Assembly (NCBI GenBank): GCA_046293845.1
Contig: JBKBIX010000002.1
Location: 1-43,148, forward strand
Direction of reading: 5' to 3'
From: Candidatus Bipolaricaulia bacterium
GTDB lineage: Bacteria > Bipolaricaulota > Bipolaricaulia > RBG-16-55-9 > DRXL01
DNA: 43,148 nucleotides
The notes under the pieces were generated by a model. It was not told the origin of the DNA and made no database searches. It saw only the letters and a list, made by a program, of their open reading frames with translations. Shown here in pieces: positions 17,775 to 26,480 of the stretch (position 1 is its first letter; each line of letters starts with the position of its first letter). The position numbers and the translations under genes were made by a program.

Positions 17775-18323
17775 GTGAAGGCTGTTGTTGGCTTAGGCAA
17801 TCCGGGCAAAGCATACGAGCGCACGCGCCACAATATGGGTCGTCTGGCCGTGCGCTCGTTCCTTGAGCGCTGCGCTCAGACACACAAAACTGAGCACGCC
17901 TTCTCGATCGTCTCTCGTATTGGCGATCGCGCGCTCGTCGTCGAACCGTTGGTCTATATGAATGTGAGCGGGATCGCCGTCAAAGAGATCTTTCAGATAT
18001 ACTCAGTAGCCCCCCAAGATTGTTTGATCGTCTATGATGACTACGCGATCCCGTTTGGGAAGCTGCGGGCGCGCAAGGGCGGCGGCGCCGGAGGGCATCA
18101 CGGAATGCAGTCAGTCATCGCTGAGCTGCAGACTGAAGAGATCCCCCGGTTGCGCATCGGGATTGGCAGCGGGCAAACCCTGTCTGACTTGACGGAGTAC
18201 GTGTTGGGGGAATTCACTCCAGAAGAGCACGCGAAACTGCCGGAGATCCTCGCGCGCGCCGCAGATGCGATAGAGTGCTTTATTCAGGCAGACATCGAGA
18301 CGGTGATGAATCGGTTTCACTGA
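17775..18323 (+). CDS. pth: Peptidyl-tRNA hydrolase
   Basis: VGLGNPG...YERTRHN N-terminus and GHHGMQS (GHNG-like) motif. GTG start. Confidence 0.9.
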   Translation: MKAVVGLGNPGKAYERTRHNMGRLAVRSFLERCAQTHKTEHAFSIVSRIGDRALVVEPLVYMNVSGIAVKEIFQIYSVAPQDCLIVYDDYAIPFGKLRARKGGGAGGHHGMQSVIAELQTEEIPRLRIGIGSGQTLSDLTEYVLGEFTPEEHAKLPEILARAADAIECFIQADIETVMNRFH

Positions 18324-18324
18324 G

Positions 18325-19704
18325 CTACAAAATATACCGACTGAGATCTAAATCCTCGACGATCCCCTTCAGTTTTGCTTGCACGTACGCTGCGTCAATC
18401 GTGAACATCTTTGGCTCAGGCAGATCGCATGTCTCAAACGCGATGTCCTCCATTAATTTCTCCATCACGGTATGCAAGCGTCGTGCCCCGATGTTCTCAA
18501 GTCTCTCATTGAGCCGAAACGCGATCTCGGCAATCGCATCCAGCGCGTCGTCGGTGAATTCCAAGCGCAGCCCTTCTGTAGCCATGAGGGCTTGATATTG
18601 CTTCGTCAGCGCATCTTCAGGCTCTGTGAGAATCCTGCGAAAGTCTTCTTTGCCAAGGGGTTTCAGCTCGACGCGAATGGGCAACCGCCCCTGAAGCTCC
18701 GGGATGAGATCTGAGGGCTTGGCCATGGTGAACGCGCCTGCAGCAATAAACAGAATATTGTCAGTCCGCACGTTGCCGTAGCGCGTGCGCACCGTCGAGC
18801 CCTCTAAGATGGGCAAGAGATCGCGCTGCACCCCCTGACGAGAAACCCCCGGCCCGTAGCGCTCCTCGCGGCCTCCCGCGGCGATCTTGTCCAGCTCGTC
18901 TATAAAGATGATCCCAGACTCTTCAGCCCGTTGGATGGCCTGACGCTTGATCTCATCGAGGTTGATGAGCTTGTCGGCCTCTTGATTGAAAAGCTCCTCG
19001 CGCGCTTCGCTAATCTTGAGTCTCTTGGTGACGAAGACCGGAGGCATAAACTTTTCTAAGAGCTCTCCCATATCTACGCCGAGCTGCTCGACGCCCTCGG
19101 GCGAGATGACATTGACTTGGGAGAAGGGCGACTCGCGCTTGACCCGAATCTCGATATAGTGCTCTTCGAGCAGCCCAGCGCGCAGTTTTTCTCGGAATTT
19201 TTCGCGGGTCTGCTGCCATGAGGCGCGGCGGTCCTCATCGGCACTGGCCGGGGTTGCGCCGACGAGCGCATCCAAGAGGCGCTCTTCGACGGCGCGCTCA
19301 GCCTCGTGCTTGATCTTTTCGATAGCTTCTTGACGGACCATGTGCATACTGACTTCGACAAGGTCGCGCACCATAGATTCGACATCGCGCCCTACGTAGC
19401 CCACTTCAGTGTACTTGGTCGCCTCGACTTTCAAGAACGGGGCCTTGACCAAGCTCGCTAATCTTCGGGAGATCTCGGTCTTGCCCACGCCCGTCGGCCC
19501 GATCATCAAGATATTTTTGGGCAAGATCTCTTTCTTGATGGGGTCGGTGACGCGCATCCGCCGGATGCGATTTCTCAAGGCAATAGCCACAGCGCGTTTC
19601 GCTTCATGCTGGCCCACAATATATTTATCAAGCTCAGCGACGATCTCTGCGGGGGAGAGAACCTTTTCGCGTTCGGGGATGTTGATCTCGACAATATCTC
19701 TCAT
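18325..19704 (-). CDS. hslU: ATP-dependent protease ATPase subunit HslU
   Basis: SPAEIVAELDKYIVGQ and GPTGVGKTEISRRLA Walker A, plus the HslU I-domain. Its stop lies 1 nt from the pth stop. Confidence 0.95.
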   Translation of the reverse strand: MRDIVEINIPEREKVLSPAEIVAELDKYIVGQHEAKRAVAIALRNRIRRMRVTDPIKKEILPKNILMIGPTGVGKTEISRRLASLVKAPFLKVEATKYTEVGYVGRDVESMVRDLVEVSMHMVRQEAIEKIKHEAERAVEERLLDALVGATPASADEDRRASWQQTREKFREKLRAGLLEEHYIEIRVKRESPFSQVNVISPEGVEQLGVDMGELLEKFMPPVFVTKRLKISEAREELFNQEADKLINLDEIKRQAIQRAEESGIIFIDELDKIAAGGREERYGPGVSRQGVQRDLLPILEGSTVRTRYGNVRTDNILFIAAGAFTMAKPSDLIPELQGRLPIRVELKPLGKEDFRRILTEPEDALTKQYQALMATEGLRLEFTDDALDAIAEIAFRLNERLENIGARRLHTVMEKLMEDIAFETCDLPEPKMFTIDAAYVQAKLKGIVEDLDLSRYIL

Positions 19705-19707
19705 AGG

Positions 19708-20265
19708 TCACCACGCAAGTTGTTCGATGCAGATAGTTTGGTTTGTATAAATATCGAGCGATCCTGCGATTTCGAGAGCTTTGCGCGCGATCTCATCAAT
19801 GGGGAGTTTTGTGTTCTGACGCAGGGCTTTGGCGGCTGCTAGAGCATAAGCTCCGCCAGACCCCAGCCCGATCATCTCGTCGTCGGGCTCGATGACATCG
19901 CCTGCGCCAGAGATCAGCAATAGCGCCTCAGAATTAGCAACAGCCATCATCGCTTCTAGGCGTCTTAGGACGCGATCCGTCCGCCAGTCTTTCGTGAGTT
20001 CGACGGCGGCGCGTTTTAAGTTTCCGCCGAACTCTTTGAGTTTATTTTCGAAGCGTTCAAAGAGCGTGATCGCGTCGGCAGTCGCACCAGCGAAGCCGAC
20101 TAAGACTTGATCGTTATAGATCTTGCGCACTTTCCTCGCGGTGCTCTTGATGACAACGTTGCTGAGCGTCGCCTGGCCGTCGGAGGCGATCACAGCACGA
20201 CGCTCTTGAGCAGATCGGATAGCCAAAATGGTCGTCCCCTGTATGATTGGTTTCACAACGACCAT
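19708..20265 (-). CDS. hslV: ATP-dependent protease subunit HslV
   Basis: GTTILAIR N-terminal Thr nucleophile region. I chose ATG 20265. The in-frame TTG at 20292 (track start) is possible. Confidence 0.88.
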   Translation of the reverse strand: MVVVKPIIQGTTILAIRSAQERRAVIASDGQATLSNVVIKSTARKVRKIYNDQVLVGFAGATADAITLFERFENKLKEFGGNLKRAAVELTKDWRTDRVLRRLEAMMAVANSEALLLISGAGDVIEPDDEMIGLGSGGAYALAAAKALRQNTKLPIDEIARKALEIAGSLDIYTNQTICIEQLAW

Positions 20266-20301
20266 TCTAACGGTACAGGGGCATGATCGCAAGCGATCTT
20301 C

Positions 20302-21273
20302 TCAACGCCACGCGAACTTCTGTACTCGATGGTTATCTGAGTCGGCGATATAGATAAAATTCTGATAGACCGCAACTCCCTTTGGGGCTTGAAACTCGCC
20401 GGGGTTGCTCCCCTCCTTGCCCCACAGAGTGATAAGCTTGCCCTCCGTGTCAAAGACTTGGATGCGATTATGCCCCTGATCAGTCACATAGATGCGATTG
20501 GCACTGTCTATAGCTAAATGGTACGGACGGCGCATCTGATTGTTGGCAGTGCCGGGGCCACCGAATTTGCCCAAGAATCTCCCGTTTGCGTCAAACTTCT
20601 GCACCCGATCGTTCTTGTTGTCCGAGACATAGAGAGTGCCGGATTCTTTGTCAACGGCGATCCCCGTAGTAATATTGAACTGCCCATCCCCAGACCCAAA
20701 ACCTCCAAAGCTCCCCAAGAACTTCCCACTAGGGTCGAACTTCTGCACCCGATGGTTGAACGCATCGGTCACGTAGAGGTTGCCGTCTTTGTCAAAAGCA
20801 ATCCCGATGGGCAGATTAAATTGCCCGTCGCCGACTTTCAAGGGGCCAGGCCCGTCGGGGTCAATACAACCCTTGCCCGATTGCAAATCGCAGGGCGTGC
20901 CCCACTTCCCTAAAAATTTCCCGTTAGCGTCGAATTTTTGAATGCGATTATTGAACGTATCTGCGACGTAGACGTTGTTCTCTCTATCTACAGCGATCCC
21001 GCCGGGGCTTTCGAACTGCCCGTTATTGATCCCCTTGGAACCCCAGTTGAGCAAGAACTTCCCGTTCGTGTCGAACTTCTGCACCCGATGGTTCTCCGTA
21101 TCGGCAACGTAGATATGGCCTTGAGAATCCACGGCGATCGCTTCAAGGGCGTTGAACTCGCCGTCTTTACTCCCTTGCTTCCCCCACTGGGCGACGTAGA
21201 CTGGCGGGGCGATCTGCCCCAAGACGACCGCGACGAGCACGACCGCTCCCCATAGACCAATGGCGTGACGCAT
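20302..21273 (-). CDS. Secreted NHL-repeat (six-bladed beta-propeller) protein
   Basis: N-terminal signal-like segment. Six tandem roughly 47-aa repeats each end in ...NHRVQKFD / NNRIQKFD. Confidence 0.85.
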   Translation of the reverse strand: MRHAIGLWGAVVLVAVVLGQIAPPVYVAQWGKQGSKDGEFNALEAIAVDSQGHIYVADTENHRVQKFDTNGKFLLNWGSKGINNGQFESPGGIAVDRENNVYVADTFNNRIQKFDANGKFLGKWGTPCDLQSGKGCIDPDGPGPLKVGDGQFNLPIGIAFDKDGNLYVTDAFNHRVQKFDPSGKFLGSFGGFGSGDGQFNITTGIAVDKESGTLYVSDNKNDRVQKFDANGRFLGKFGGPGTANNQMRRPYHLAIDSANRIYVTDQGHNRIQVFDTEGKLITLWGKEGSNPGEFQAPKGVAVYQNFIYIADSDNHRVQKFAWR

Positions 21274-21308
21274 ACTGCCCTCCTTGGCTCTGAAGATTTC
21301 ATACTCTA

Positions 21309-22463
21309 TTATACCCGAGTCGTGGCTTTAAGGTTTTCAAAGATCTCGATTAGCTTCGTGACCGAATGCTGGATGCTCATCTGGTGGGCCTTGCGCGTGG
21401 CGCCCGCGCGCAGCTGCTCCCGACGCTGTGGGTCTTGCAAAAGCTCTCTCACTGTTTGCGCGAAGATGTTCTCGTCTTCGGGGACGAGAATCCCTGTCTC
21501 GCCATCGAAAACTATATCAGTGACGCCCATGGCGCGCACGGCCACAGCTGGCAACCCCGCGGCCATCGCCTCGACCAAGACCAGCCCTTGGGTCTCGGTC
21601 TTGGAAGCAAAGACGAAGAGATCTGCAGCGCGATAATAGTCTATTAATTCGTCTCGCGGGATGAACCCTGTGAAGAGCACGCGCTCGGTTAGCCCCAGTT
21701 CTTTAGAATATTCTTCAAAGAGCGGGCGGTGCGGCCCGCCGCCGGCGAGCACCAACCGTATGGGCTGCGGGTTCTCCCAATGATCAAGGAGCACCCGAAA
21801 CGCTCTCAACAGAAAGTGCAGGTTCTTTTCGATGCCCAGTCGTCCTGCGTAGAGCAAGAAGAACTCATCTGGTGCAAGCCCTAGCGCAGCACGCACGTCC
21901 GTGCGCACCGGACGCTCGAACGGCTCTATATCTACCCCAAAGGGCAGCACGTAGATCGGTCTTGCGACGCCGTATCGCAGAAGCTCTTCGCGCATGGCGT
22001 GCGACGGCGTCGTAATAGCATCACAGCGATTGCAAAACGCTGCGCTGATGCGCTCGGCCATACGCCGCGTGGGCCGGATCCATCTGGGGAGATAGTGCAG
22101 ATACTCCGTAAAGAGCGTGTGATACGTGTGCACATGGGGGAGATTATATCTTCGGGCGACCCGCAGGGCGAGCAGCCCCATCGAGACCGGCGTGTGGCTG
22201 TAGACGACTTCGAGCGTGGGGAAGACAGCAGACGCCCGTCGGTCGTAGGGAATGACGACACGGCTGTCTTTGTGAAAATACGCGGTCAGCGCTGGGAACC
22301 GAAAGATATGGCCGTTCTCGTTCCGTTGGGCACGAGAGTACGCTGGGGCAAAGATGAACACTTCATGACCTTGACGCGTCAGCACGCGATTGAGCTCTTC
22401 GAGAACGCTTGTGACACCGTTGATCTGCGGTGTGAACGTGTCCGTGAAGATCCCGATCTTCAT
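21309..22463 (-). CDS. Glycosyltransferase family 4 (GT-B, group 1)
   Basis: MKIGIFTDTFTPQINGV N-terminus and the EAMAAGLPAVAV...GETG E-x7-E region. Confidence 0.85.
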   Translation of the reverse strand: MKIGIFTDTFTPQINGVTSVLEELNRVLTRQGHEVFIFAPAYSRAQRNENGHIFRFPALTAYFHKDSRVVIPYDRRASAVFPTLEVVYSHTPVSMGLLALRVARRYNLPHVHTYHTLFTEYLHYLPRWIRPTRRMAERISAAFCNRCDAITTPSHAMREELLRYGVARPIYVLPFGVDIEPFERPVRTDVRAALGLAPDEFFLLYAGRLGIEKNLHFLLRAFRVLLDHWENPQPIRLVLAGGGPHRPLFEEYSKELGLTERVLFTGFIPRDELIDYYRAADLFVFASKTETQGLVLVEAMAAGLPAVAVRAMGVTDIVFDGETGILVPEDENIFAQTVRELLQDPQRREQLRAGATRKAHQMSIQHSVTKLIEIFENLKATTRV

Positions 22464-23008
22464 CGTTGTCCCTCCTCGTTGACCGTTTCAAACGCTTGCA
22501 CACAGACTGGACAGAAGTTCTCTGCGCAGAGCATGTGGCAGCGCGGGCAGGGCTTCCAGCCTAGCTGCTGGCGCGCTCGCTCTAATCTCTTTGCGGTCTT
22601 CATGAGACGAATCAGCGTTGCGCGCAGGGCGTGATCGGCAATCTCATCGGCAAGCTGCTCGATCTCGCGCTCCTCATCAGAAGTAAGCTCGATGTGATCA
22701 AGCGAGGGCACCGAGCGCGGCTTCGAGAAATCCTCTACTTTAAAGCGAATCTCCTTCACGCGCTCGGCTCCTAAGACCGCGTTGAGCTTTCTCTTAAATT
22801 CTTCTCGCATCATGGTGAACTCGTGCTGGACAATATGATTGGGCACAGCAACGAAGAGCACGCCTTTGTGCACCCAAATTGGCTGAGCCAATCGCGCGAT
22901 ATGAACGCCGACGGCTCGCTCCCACAGCAGGGCTGGCTCCTGCTCACGATACTGCTCAAGCACGCCGTACTTGCGCAAAACTTTCTCGATCAGCGTTGCT
23001 TCGATCAT
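22460..23008 (-). CDS. dciA: DUF721/DciA-family protein with C-terminal CxxC...CxxC zinc-ribbon extension
   Basis: The DUF721-like core (LLWERAVG...GVLFVAVPNHIVQHEFTMMREEF...IRFKV) sits in the classic position after recF. The C-terminus is CPRCHMLCAENFCPVC. ATGA overlaps occur on both sides. Confidence 0.7.
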   Translation of the reverse strand: MIEATLIEKVLRKYGVLEQYREQEPALLWERAVGVHIARLAQPIWVHKGVLFVAVPNHIVQHEFTMMREEFKRKLNAVLGAERVKEIRFKVEDFSKPRSVPSLDHIELTSDEEREIEQLADEIADHALRATLIRLMKTAKRLERARQQLGWKPCPRCHMLCAENFCPVCVQAFETVNEEGQR

Positions 23009-24078
23009 GCGATCACCGAGAGCTTGCCGTCTTTGAGTGAGAAGATCTGCTGTGCTGTCGCGCGCACATCAGGGAGCAGCTCGCTTACGTCTGCAACAGT
23101 CTGCGTGAGAAATATCTGGATGTTCTTGGGCAGAAGCTCGAGCAAGCGGCGCAGTCGCGCGCTGTCTAATTCCGAGAGCACGTCGTCTAAGATCAAGATG
23201 GGATAATCCCCAAAGCGCTGATAGTGCAGATCGAGCTGAGCTAGTAACACCGCGCAGAGGGCCGACTTTTGCTCCCCTTGGGAGCCGAACCGTCTCAGAT
23301 TATGCCCATTCAGCTCGAAGCGTATGTCATCGCGATGTGGGCCGACCAGCGCCATGCCGCGCCGGATCTCTTCTGGGGTCGCTTCTGCGATAAGCTTGGC
23401 AAGAAGCTGGGGGTGAGGGCCTTCATAAATCAACGTCAGTTCGCTCTTCCGCCCGCAGATCGCCTGATAGCGTTCTGAAAGCGTCTTATTGAGCTCTCTT
23501 AAATATTCGAGCCGTTTTTTGATGAGCCAGCTCCCACGGTCTACCAGCTCTTGATTAAACACTTCGAGGACATCGAGATCGGGATTGCCCCGGCGCAGCA
23601 GGGCGTTCTTGCGCTGCAAGACTTGTTCGTATTCGAGCAGCACGTGGCGGTACTCGCGAAGAAGATCGGCGATGCTCCGGTCGAGAAAACGTCGACGCTG
23701 GTCGGGGCGGCCCTTAATAATTTGCAGCTCGTCGGGGGTGAAGAGCAGGGCACGCAGGCGCGCGCTCAGCTCGCTCTGGCTCTTCTTCTCTCGGTTGAGC
23801 TCTATCGTTTTGGCCCGTGCCCGCCCGTTGAGATGGATGCGAATTTCATCGCCGTCGACGGCAAATTCGAGGGAGGTTTCGTCCTGGCCCCACGCGATCA
23901 CATCGCGCTGGCGCTCCCCCTTCAGCAACCAGCCTCGTGCGCCGTAGTAGATCGCCTCACAGAGATTGCTCTTGCCCGCAGCGTTGGGGCCGATAATAAG
24001 ATTGAGCCCGCTGTCGGGTATGAGCTCCATAGGAGCAAGGTTACGAAAGTTGTACAACGCGAGACGCTCGATCTTCAT
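23005..24078 (-). CDS. recF: DNA replication and repair protein RecF
   Basis: LYNFRNL...GPNAAGKSNLCEAI Walker A, an SMC-like signature and LLDDVLSELD Walker B. Confidence 0.92.
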   Translation of the reverse strand: MKIERLALYNFRNLAPMELIPDSGLNLIIGPNAAGKSNLCEAIYYGARGWLLKGERQRDVIAWGQDETSLEFAVDGDEIRIHLNGRARAKTIELNREKKSQSELSARLRALLFTPDELQIIKGRPDQRRRFLDRSIADLLREYRHVLLEYEQVLQRKNALLRRGNPDLDVLEVFNQELVDRGSWLIKKRLEYLRELNKTLSERYQAICGRKSELTLIYEGPHPQLLAKLIAEATPEEIRRGMALVGPHRDDIRFELNGHNLRRFGSQGEQKSALCAVLLAQLDLHYQRFGDYPILILDDVLSELDSARLRRLLELLPKNIQIFLTQTVADVSELLPDVRATAQQIFSLKDGKLSVIA

Positions 24079-24090
24079 CCTGGCGATATT

Positions 24091-25203
24091 TTACTCTGAG
24101 TGATCTGTCAATGCGAGCAGCTTAGCTTTTAAATGAGCGATCTCGCCGGAGAAGAGCGGGCTTTCGGCTAGCGCTTTAGCTTTGCGATAGGCGTGCATGA
24201 TCGTGCTGTGATCGCGCCCGCCGAAGATCACCCCGAGGGCGGGGAAGGAGTGTTCCGTCAGCTCACGGGCCAAATAAATAGCAATCTGGCGGGCACAGAC
24301 GACGCGCCGCTCCCGACTGGTGCCTTCTAAATCTTCGATGGGAATCTGGTAGTATTGGGCGACTTCGCGCTTGATCATCTCTGGTGTTAAAACAGAGGGC
24401 TTAGGTCTTTCAGGGGGGAGCAGCTCGGTGAGCGCATCGGGAGAGAGCTCATGCCCGTTGAGGGCAGCGGTCGCCGTCAAGCGAATGAGGGCGCCCTCGA
24501 GCGCGCGCACGCTCGAACGAATGCGCCCGGCGATCAGCTCGAGCGTGGTCTTGGGGATATCTAAGTTGAGCTCAGCAGCTTTGGTGCGCAATATTGCGAG
24601 TCGGCTCTCAAAATCGGGCGGCTGAATGTCCGCGACCAGCCCCCAGCGAAATCGTGAGATCAGGCCATCGTGCAGATGGGGCAGCTCCTCCGGCGGGCGA
24701 TCCGACGTCAACACGATCTGCTTCCCGTGATGATAGAGATCGTTGAACGTATGAAAGAGTTCCTCTTGGGTCGCAGCTTTCTCCCGCAAGAAGTGCACGT
24801 CGTCTAGCAAGAGAATATCTACAGTGCGATAGATTTTTCGGAATTGCGACGTCTTGCCATCGTGTAGGGAGCGATAGAACTCCGTGGCGAAGCGTTCGCA
24901 CGTGACGTAGAGGACTTTGAGCCAAGGGTGGCGCTGGCTCGCTTCGTTGCCGATGGCGTGGAGCAGATGGGTCTTCCCCAAGCCCGATGCACTGTGGATG
25001 AAGAGCGGGTTATATGCCCGCGCGGGGTTTTCGGCAACTGCGAGAGAGGCTGCATAGGCGAGCATGTTGCCCTGGCTGCGGACGAACCGCTCGAAGGTGT
25101 AATCAGGCCGCAGCGTCGGGGCCAGACTTCGTCTGGACTGTACGCCTTCGCCAGTCAAAGGCTGACGAAGATAAACGTCAAGCGAAGCTTGTTCTGATCG
25201 CAT
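24091..25203 (-). CDS. dnaA: Chromosomal replication initiator DnaA, short form lacking domain I
   Basis: YTFERFV, GLGKTHLLHAIG Walker A, LLLDDVHF and domain IV (RQIAIYLARELT...GGRDHSTIMHA). It is only 370 aa. An in-frame stop 3 codons upstream of the ATG rules out an N-terminal extension. Confidence 0.9.
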   Translation of the reverse strand: MRSEQASLDVYLRQPLTGEGVQSRRSLAPTLRPDYTFERFVRSQGNMLAYAASLAVAENPARAYNPLFIHSASGLGKTHLLHAIGNEASQRHPWLKVLYVTCERFATEFYRSLHDGKTSQFRKIYRTVDILLLDDVHFLREKAATQEELFHTFNDLYHHGKQIVLTSDRPPEELPHLHDGLISRFRWGLVADIQPPDFESRLAILRTKAAELNLDIPKTTLELIAGRIRSSVRALEGALIRLTATAALNGHELSPDALTELLPPERPKPSVLTPEMIKREVAQYYQIPIEDLEGTSRERRVVCARQIAIYLARELTEHSFPALGVIFGGRDHSTIMHAYRKAKALAESPLFSGEIAHLKAKLLALTDHSE

Positions 25204-25237
25204 TGTTCGCTAACCCCTGGTGCCGGTAGGTGTCCAG

Positions 25238-25267
25238 AGCATAGCAGAGATCGCCGGGCGTTGTCAA
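25238..25267 (-). promoter_or_regulatory. Candidate dnaA promoter, TTGACA-18-TATGCT (minus strand)
   Basis: Reverse complement of 25262-25267 is TTGACA, and of 25238-25243 is TATGCT. It lies about 35 nt upstream of the dnaA ATG. Confidence 0.5.
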
Positions 25268-25428
25268 GTCGGGATCGCACCCCTCAAGAGCGATAAAAGT
25301 TTGATCTCAAGAGGATTTTTCGCTCAGCACGGCGTGGCTGAGAAGGCCAGCTATGACGGAGATGCGCGTGTCGGGGGGATTTGAGCGTTGCGCAGACGCG
25401 GGAGCGACTTTACGGGAAATTGGTCACC

Positions 25429-26220
25429 CTAGTTAGCAGACATCGCCTGCACAAGGGTCACGATCCCCAAGGTGATCGCCAAGAGCGCGATCAGAAATCT
25501 CAATGAGCGCGCGGGGATCTTGTGCACGGTGAACGCTGCCAGGGGCGTCGAGACCACAGCGCCAAGGAGAATCGGCAGGGCGAGCTGCCAATCAAGTCCG
25601 CTCACGATCAGCCAATACATCAGAACGCCCACGAGCGAGACGACCCCTTCAGAAAGACTCGTGATCCCCACAGCAGCTTTGGGGCTGAGTCCAGCGAGTA
25701 TTTGCCCAGCGGTGATTATAGGGCCGTAGCCGCCGCCGCTCAGCCCTTTGTTGAACGAGCTGAACAACCCGATCCCTACAAGCCGCGCCCATGAAAATCT
25801 CTGGCCGCTTGACGGTGTGAAGAGCACGAAGACCCCCAAGGCGAGCACGAGCACGCCGATATAGACTTTGATCACCCAAGCGGGCAGATGAACAGCGATC
25901 GAGACGGCGATAAGTGCCCCAGCAATGCCGATGAGCGCAAGCACGACGGCGACCTTGGAGTCCAGAGAATCTTTGCGAAAGCTCACGTTCTGATACGTGT
26001 GATGGAACCCGGCAGCGACCAGCCCCGTGACGAACTCCGACAGCAGCACGACGGGGACGACCTGCAACGGCGTGAACCCTAACAATAACAATAACGGGGT
26101 GAGTGTCGTGCCGTAGCCCATGCCCAGGGAGGAGTCTATATACTCAGCAGCGAAAGCCAGCAGTGCTACCACAAGAAAGAATTCCCAAGTCACGGCGCAG
26201 TATACTCTATTCTTTGGCAC
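25429..26220 (-). CDS. TSUP (TauE/SafE, DUF81) family anion-exporter-like membrane protein
   Basis: AAEYIDSSLGMGYGTTLTPLLLL motif and about 8 TM segments. A minus-strand TTGCCT-18-TATACT promoter inside the first 27 nt suggests a near-leaderless GTG start at 26193 instead. Confidence 0.8.
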   Translation of the reverse strand: MPKNRVYCAVTWEFFLVVALLAFAAEYIDSSLGMGYGTTLTPLLLLLGFTPLQVVPVVLLSEFVTGLVAAGFHHTYQNVSFRKDSLDSKVAVVLALIGIAGALIAVSIAVHLPAWVIKVYIGVLVLALGVFVLFTPSSGQRFSWARLVGIGLFSSFNKGLSGGGYGPIITAGQILAGLSPKAAVGITSLSEGVVSLVGVLMYWLIVSGLDWQLALPILLGAVVSTPLAAFTVHKIPARSLRFLIALLAITLGIVTLVQAMSAN

Positions 26221-26262
26221 TCAGGCAAACTATGCTGTTGATCTCTTGAGAAATGGAGCTTA

Positions 26263-26478
26263 GTGATGTATGATCTCAGGGTCATGAGCTGGCGCTTCTT
26301 AGTGGTCTTGCTGATCTTTGGTGGACTGTTGCTCTTGGGAGCGCGCTATTTTATGCTCGCTCGCTTGAAGGGCAACGAATATCATCAATGCCCGCACTGC
26401 AAAAGCTTCTATCGCGGTGATGCGACATACTGCCCGCACTGCGGGCAAGTCGTCGCCCGCTGGTCGAATAGACGATAA
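26263..26478 (+). CDS. Hypothetical small TM protein with C-terminal zinc ribbon (CPHC...CPHC)
   Basis: An N-terminal hydrophobic helix followed by CPHCKSFYRGDATYCPHCG. ATG 26266 lies 7 nt after GGAG. No family recognised. Confidence 0.45.
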   Translation: MMYDLRVMSWRFLVVLLIFGGLLLLGARYFMLARLKGNEYHQCPHCKSFYRGDATYCPHCGQVVARWSNRR

Positions 26479-26480
26479 GT

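Noticed and set aside
20302-21273. Periodic DNA repeats, considered as a possible CRISPR or tandem-repeat array.
   Set aside because: The periodicity is the six divergent NHL beta-propeller blades of a single intact ORF. There are no identical direct repeats and no spacer architecture.
23410-23420. GGGGTGAGGGC inside recF, considered as a third copy of the palindromic repeat.
   Set aside because: Only an 11-nt match to one arm, with no complementary arm or central loop nearby. This is compatible with chance in GC-rich coding sequence.
25204-25428. The spacer upstream of dnaA, considered as oriC.
   Set aside because: It is GC-rich with no DnaA-box-like 9-mers above 5-6/9 matches and no AT-rich tract. 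It contains a normal promoter and a hairpin (25322-25343).
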